Virus record (IMG/VR): IMGVR_UViG_3300044528_000038
Coordinates: 1-36,871 of that record
DNA: 36,871 bases
Source of the DNA: a virus
Taxonomy: Duplodnaviria; Caudoviricetes
Strand: one strand, 5' to 3'
Under the pieces are notes generated by a model, which did not search any database, was not told where the DNA came from, and saw only the letters and a program-made list of their open reading frames with translations. The translations under genes were made by a program, and so were the position numbers. Each line of letters begins with the position of its first letter. Positions within the stretch are counted from its first letter, which is position 1. This document shows positions 33,194-36,871 of this stretch, one piece after another.

Positions 33194-33838
33194 GTGTGGG
33201 TGAGACTCGACGGCAGGTTCTTTGCGAACCCGAAGATTCTCGGGCTATCTGACGCCGCGCTGGCGTTCTATGCCCGGGCGCTGAGCTACTGCGGCCACTA
33301 CGAGACGGACGGCATTCTTGCGCCCTCCGCGATGCGTGAGCTGTGCCGAGACTCGCGAAAACGCGGGAGAATTGCGGGAGAATTGCTAGACAGTGGATTA
33401 CTGGATCGCGCACAAAACGGCGCGCTCGCCGTACATGATTGGCACGACTACAACCCCTCCCGCGCGGAGTCCGCGGAGCGCCGTGAGCTAGCGCGGGAGC
33501 GGCTCCGGCGATTCCGGTCGAGCCGGGAGTCCACGAACGGTAACGCGTTTCCGAAACGCGTCGCGAAACGCGTTACAAACGCCGGACGTAACGCTTCTAC
33601 CGTTAACGAAGAGATAAGTAATTACACGGGGCCGAAAACAGGAAACGCGTTACGCCGGACGGAAAACGCCCCGCCGCCGGGCGATCCGCCCCGCCCTCAG
33701 GTCCCGGTTTTTCAGGAGCGTCTCGAAGACCTCGAACCGAGTGAGGAGCAACGCAACTTCGGTCGTGATCACGCGCACGCCATGTTGAAACGGCTGCGCG
33801 GTCTCGACCCCGAACCCGACGATCCGGAGGTGTTCTGA
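33194..33838 (+). CDS. RepA-like replication initiator
   Basis: WVRLDGRFFANPKI..LSDAA......LSYC...TDG...L...GLL......HDWHDYNPS, typical of actinophage RepA-like proteins. Confidence 0.8.
   Translation: MWVRLDGRFFANPKILGLSDAALAFYARALSYCGHYETDGILAPSAMRELCRDSRKRGRIAGELLDSGLLDRAQNGALAVHDWHDYNPSRAESAERRELARERLRRFRSSRESTNGNAFPKRVAKRVTNAGRNASTVNEEISNYTGPKTGNALRRTENAPPPGDPPRPQVPVFQERLEDLEPSEEQRNFGRDHAHAMLKRLRGLDPEPDDPEVF
33540..33653. repeat. Iteron-like repeats and AT-rich patch (candidate origin) inside rep
   Basis: GAAACGCGTTAC at 33565 and 33642, its inverse GTAACGCGTTTC at 33540, a partial copy at 33553, and AT-rich GTTAACGAAGAGATAAGTAATTACA at 33602-33626. Confidence 0.65.
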
Positions 33839-34095
33839 TGGCGCGCTTCGTGCACACCGTCACCGACTCAGCGATCAACCTCGACCACTGCCTCGCGGTG
33901 TTCCTCGAACGGGACGGCGCGGGACCGGCCCCGGGTTACGGCGGCGAGGTCGCGGTCGTGGCCTCGATGACGAACGGGCTGTGCTACACGCTCGCCAAGC
34001 GCACGGGTCCGCACGCCTGGGACGAAGCCCGGCGGATTCTCACGCTGCTGACCCTCGACAGCGAGCGGCCCGTGGTGGCCGGCGATGAGCACTAG
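33838..34095 (+). CDS. Hypothetical protein
   Basis: TGATG coupling, SD GGAGG, AINLDH motif. Confidence 0.65.
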   Translation: MARFVHTVTDSAINLDHCLAVFLERDGAGPAPGYGGEVAVVASMTNGLCYTLAKRTGPHAWDEARRILTLLTLDSERPVVAGDEH

Positions 34096-34183
34096 CCGCG
34101 GGATCCGGCTCGCTCCGTCGCTGCTCCCGCGCCGCGTCCTCCGGCTGCGCTTCGCCCGGTCGACCCGCCGTCGCCGCCGCTGA
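34085..34183 (+). CDS. Possible Arg-rich 32-aa peptide
   Basis: MSTSRGIRLAPSLLPRRVLRLRFARSTRRRRR. Fills the gap exactly and its stop overlaps the HNH ATG. Confidence 0.35.
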   Translation: MSTSRGIRLAPSLLPRRVLRLRFARSTRRRRR

Positions 34184-34521
34184 TGCCCAGCCGGCCACCG
34201 CATCCCTGCGCCGAGCCCGGGTGCGCGGTGCTCCTCCCGCCCGGCGTCTCCCGCTGTCCCGCGCACGCCGCGGTCAGCCTCTGGCGGGCCGACCGTCCTC
34301 CGCTCCCGGCCGACTGGCGGGTCCGGCGCGTCGCCGTCCTCCGTCGTGACGGCTGGGCGTGCCGGCGGTGTGGCGCTCCGGCGACGGACGTGGATCACGT
34401 CACGCCCCGCGCCCTCGGCGGCGGAGACGACCTCACGAACCTGCGCGCCCTCTGCCGGGCCTGTCACCGCCACGAGACCGGGGCGGCGGGAGGGCGGGCG
34501 TCCGGGGCGGCCCGGCGATAG
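34183..34521 (+). CDS. HNH endonuclease (HK97 gp74-like packaging accessory)
   Basis: MPSRPPHPCAEPGC...C..H, W...R..VL.RD...CRRCG.PATDVDHV.P...GG.D...NLRALCRACH..ET. Confidence 0.9.
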   Translation: MPSRPPHPCAEPGCAVLLPPGVSRCPAHAAVSLWRADRPPLPADWRVRRVAVLRRDGWACRRCGAPATDVDHVTPRALGGGDDLTNLRALCRACHRHETGAAGGRASGAARR

Positions 34522-34679
34522 GGCCGAGGCCCCGGCCGGAGAAAGGAACGACTCAAACGCCGACCGAGGCTCCGGCCGGACCGGATTCTACTTGCCCGGA
34601 TGAGCGGAATATCCGAAGCATTTGCTAGTTCTATTCCCCGTGGGTCGGACCCGCCGACCTGCTACGAAAGGAACGACAG

Positions 34680-35141
34680 ATGACAGATCCCACCAAGAAG
34701 GCCCCGGCCAAGGCCAAGGCTCCGGTCAAGAAGGCGACGCCCCGCCAGAAGGCGCAGCTCGGCCGAGAGGCAGCCGAGCGCCGGGCGTCCGTCAAGTCAG
34801 CGCCGAAACCCGCGCCGACCACGATGGCCAAGGCCACGACGCCGAAGGTGCCGGAGGTGAGCGTGGTCCGCAAGGCCGCCCTCGCCGCTATCGAGACGGC
34901 CCGGAAGCCGAAGGCCGAGAAGGCGACGCCGATGATCCCCAAGGGCTACGAGGTGAAGTGGCCGCACGGCGGCTACGACCTCTACCGGAAGGTCGACAAG
35001 TCGGTCGACGGCCCGGCCTGGATCGTCGCGTGCACCGCGCACGGGACCACGACCGAGGCCGAGTCCGCCAAGGCGGGCGACCTCCTCGGCCGGAAGGACG
35101 CCCGGGGCGCGTGGTGCGGGGCGTGCAAGTCCGCCGCGTAG
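34680..35141 (+). CDS. Lys/Ala/Pro-rich (histone H1-like) protein with C-terminal Zn-binding domain
   Basis: KKAPAKAKAPVKKATP repeats, WIVACTAHG...WCGAC. GAAAGGAACGACAG upstream. Confidence 0.75.
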   Translation: MTDPTKKAPAKAKAPVKKATPRQKAQLGREAAERRASVKSAPKPAPTTMAKATTPKVPEVSVVRKAALAAIETARKPKAEKATPMIPKGYEVKWPHGGYDLYRKVDKSVDGPAWIVACTAHGTTTEAESAKAGDLLGRKDARGAWCGACKSAA

Positions 35142-35163
35142 TCTCCGCCCGGCAATCACCACC

Positions 35164-35203
35164 CTCCGCCCGCTCCGGCAAGTAGACCCCGGGGCGGGCG
35201 GAG
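35164..35203 (+). terminator. Long GC hairpin between the histone-like and ParB-like genes
   Basis: CTCCGCCCGCTCCGG...CCGGGGCGGGCGGAG, about 15-bp stem with one G-U pair. Confidence 0.5.
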
Positions 35204-35228
35204 TCGCGTCTGCGGCAGACTGGCGTTC

Positions 35229-35882
35229 GTGGCCGAGCCGGTACCGCTCCACCCCACCGAGACGATCCCGATCGCGGACCTCCGCCCGCACCCGCAGAAC
35301 TACCGGCGGCACTCCGAGGCCCAGCTCGACCAGCTCGCCGCCTCGCTCTCCCAGCACGGCGTCTACCGCCCGGTCGTGATCGCGAACGACGACACGATCC
35401 TCGCCGGCCACGGCGTCGTGCTCGCCGCGCACCGGCTCGGGCTGACCGAGCTACCCGTGACCCGGGTCCCGATCCCGTCCGAGAGCCCGGCCGCGCTGAA
35501 GATCGTGACGGGAGACAACGAACTGAGCATCCTGGCCGAGACCGACGAGCGGGCGCTGGCTGACCTCCTCGTCGCCATCCGCGACGGGGACCCGGACGGA
35601 CTCCTCGGCACCGGCTACGACGAAGAGCGGCTCGCCCGCCTGCTCGTGCTCTCGCATGACGAGATCACCGGGGACGAGGCCCGTGAGCTCTGGCGCGGGA
35701 TGCCCGGGTTCACGTCCGACGAGGACACCCGCCTCCACGTCACGGTCAACTTCCAGAGCGAGGAGGACCGGGCCGAGTTCGCTCGCCGGCTCGACGTCTC
35801 GGTGGACGAACTGACGACGCGCTTCTGGTGGCCGCACCGCGTCCGGGACGACGCCCGCTCGCTCGCCTACCGCGATGCCTGA
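35229..35882 (+). CDS. ParB/Srx-like N-terminal domain protein with an extra C-terminal domain
   Basis: IADLRPHPQNYRRH...QL..L.ASL..HG.YRPVVI.....ILAGHG...AA..LG...DNE. Probably leaderless (CAGACT at 35216-35221). Confidence 0.88.
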   Translation: MAEPVPLHPTETIPIADLRPHPQNYRRHSEAQLDQLAASLSQHGVYRPVVIANDDTILAGHGVVLAAHRLGLTELPVTRVPIPSESPAALKIVTGDNELSILAETDERALADLLVAIRDGDPDGLLGTGYDEERLARLLVLSHDEITGDEARELWRGMPGFTSDEDTRLHVTVNFQSEEDRAEFARRLDVSVDELTTRFWWPHRVRDDARSLAYRDA

Positions 35883-36822
35883 CCCGCGGTATCCGGTCTA
35901 CGTCGTGAGCCGCGGCCGGACGAAGGAGCGGCTGACGATCCGGGCGCTGGAGGAGATGGGCGCGCCGTACCGGGTCATCGTGGAGGCGGACGAGCGGGAC
36001 GCCTATGCCGCGGTCGTGGACCCGGCGAAGGTGCTCGTGCTCGACCCGCAGTTCCAGCGCGACTACGAGACCTGCGACGACCTCGGGGACACGAAGAGCA
36101 AGGGACCGGGGCCGGCACGCAACTTCGCCTGGGCGCATGCCGAGGCCGAAGGGTTCGACGCGCACTGGGTCCTCGATGACAACATCCGGGCCTTCTACCG
36201 CTTCCACCACTCGAAGCGGCTGTACGTCCAGACCCCGACGTACTTCTGGGTCATGGAGGAATGGCTGGACCGCTTCGAGAACGTGGCCCTCGCCGGGCCG
36301 CAGTACGTGATGTTCGCCCCGGAGTCCTCCGTCGCCGCCTCGCCCCTGAACTTGAACACCCGGGTCTACTCGGCGCTGTGGATCCGCAACGATCTGCCCT
36401 ATCGCTGGCGCGGGAGATACAACGAGGACACGGATCTGAGTCTGCGCGCGCTCAAAGATGGCTGGGCGACTGTGCTCTTCAACGCGTTCCTCCAGCAGAA
36501 GATGTGGACCGCCCGACCGGAGCAGACCGGCGGCAACACCGCCGCCTTCTACGAGCGGGAGGGCACGCTGCCCAAGTCCCGGATGCTCGTGCGAATGCAC
36601 CCCGACGTGGCGCGACTCACGTGGAAGTACGGGCGATGGCATCACGAGGTGAACTACAAACCCTTCGCCGGCAATCGCCCCGTCCGCAAACCCGGGCCGT
36701 TGCCGCGCGTCGACACGGACGAGTTCGGGCTCCAGCTCGTGGCTGACCGTCCCGTCCGCTCGGCTCGGCTTCGGGAAATCCTCGCCGCTGAGAACGGCGC
36801 GGCTGACCTGGCGGCCGACTGA
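35875..36822 (+). CDS. TET-associated (TAGT)/GREB1-like glycosyltransferase
   Basis: YPVYVVSRGR, GPGPARNF, HWVLDDNI (DxD-like), YSALWI, WRGRYNEDTDLSLRALKDGW.T..F, GGNT, HPD. Confidence 0.8.
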   Translation: MPDPRYPVYVVSRGRTKERLTIRALEEMGAPYRVIVEADERDAYAAVVDPAKVLVLDPQFQRDYETCDDLGDTKSKGPGPARNFAWAHAEAEGFDAHWVLDDNIRAFYRFHHSKRLYVQTPTYFWVMEEWLDRFENVALAGPQYVMFAPESSVAASPLNLNTRVYSALWIRNDLPYRWRGRYNEDTDLSLRALKDGWATVLFNAFLQQKMWTARPEQTGGNTAAFYEREGTLPKSRMLVRMHPDVARLTWKYGRWHHEVNYKPFAGNRPVRKPGPLPRVDTDEFGLQLVADRPVRSARLREILAAENGAADLAAD

Positions 36823-36871
36823 CCGGCTGAGGCCGGAGGGGGGACCCCCCCGGCGGCGCTGGCCGTCGCCG

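Larger units (their letters stand above)
24324..34677. repeat. Dispersed start-associated motif GAAAGGAACG(A/G)C
   Basis: Plus-strand copies at 24324, 24535 (..GGC), 24723, 25081, 34541 and 34666; a minus-strand variant at ~23432-23443. Confidence 0.8.
1..36871 (+). mobile_element. Near-complete or complete temperate siphovirus genome, probably infecting Actinomycetota
   Basis: Complete set of packaging, head, tail, lysis, integration, immunity, recombination and replication modules, with no bacterial housekeeping genes. First 7 nt (gtcgccg) equal the last 7 nt. Confidence 0.93.

Noticed and set aside
1-36871. CRISPR array, rRNA, tRNA, IS/transposase, reverse transcriptase, capsid protease or MuF gene
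   Set aside because: None seen. Absence of a protease is compatible with a separate scaffold plus short capsid protein.

Overview
The window looks like an essentially complete (~36.9 kb) temperate siphovirus genome. The DNA is very GC-rich and the gene families point to an actinobacterial host (inferred). Gene order on the + strand: terminase small subunit, a small zinc-finger gene, terminase large subunit, portal, scaffold, major capsid, head-tail adaptor and stopper, then a 4-gene fibre cassette inserted inside the neck module, neck, tail terminator, major tail, tail chaperone with a clear -1 frameshift, tape measure with two wall-degrading domains, baseplate genes, amidase endolysin, a tiny holin candidate and a secreted Rpf-like transglycosylase. 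Next come a 4-gene leftward operon, a divergent control region with a 52-bp attP-like palindrome, five small genes coupled to a large serine integrase, an XRE repressor/Cro switch, YqaJ/RecT recombination, a DPPY methyltransferase paired with a PD-(D/E)xK nuclease, a RepA-like initiator with internal origin-like repeats, an HNH nuclease and a histone-like protein. The right end carries a ParB-like protein coupled to a TET-associated-type (GREB1/base-J-like) glycosyltransferase with no recognisable base-oxidising partner; this is the best candidate for an undescribed system. Other notable signals: a repeated start-associated motif GAAAGGAACGAC, a structured capsid-gene leader, and eukaryote-style C2H2 fingers. 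All family assignments come from motif recognition by eye; no database searches were run.
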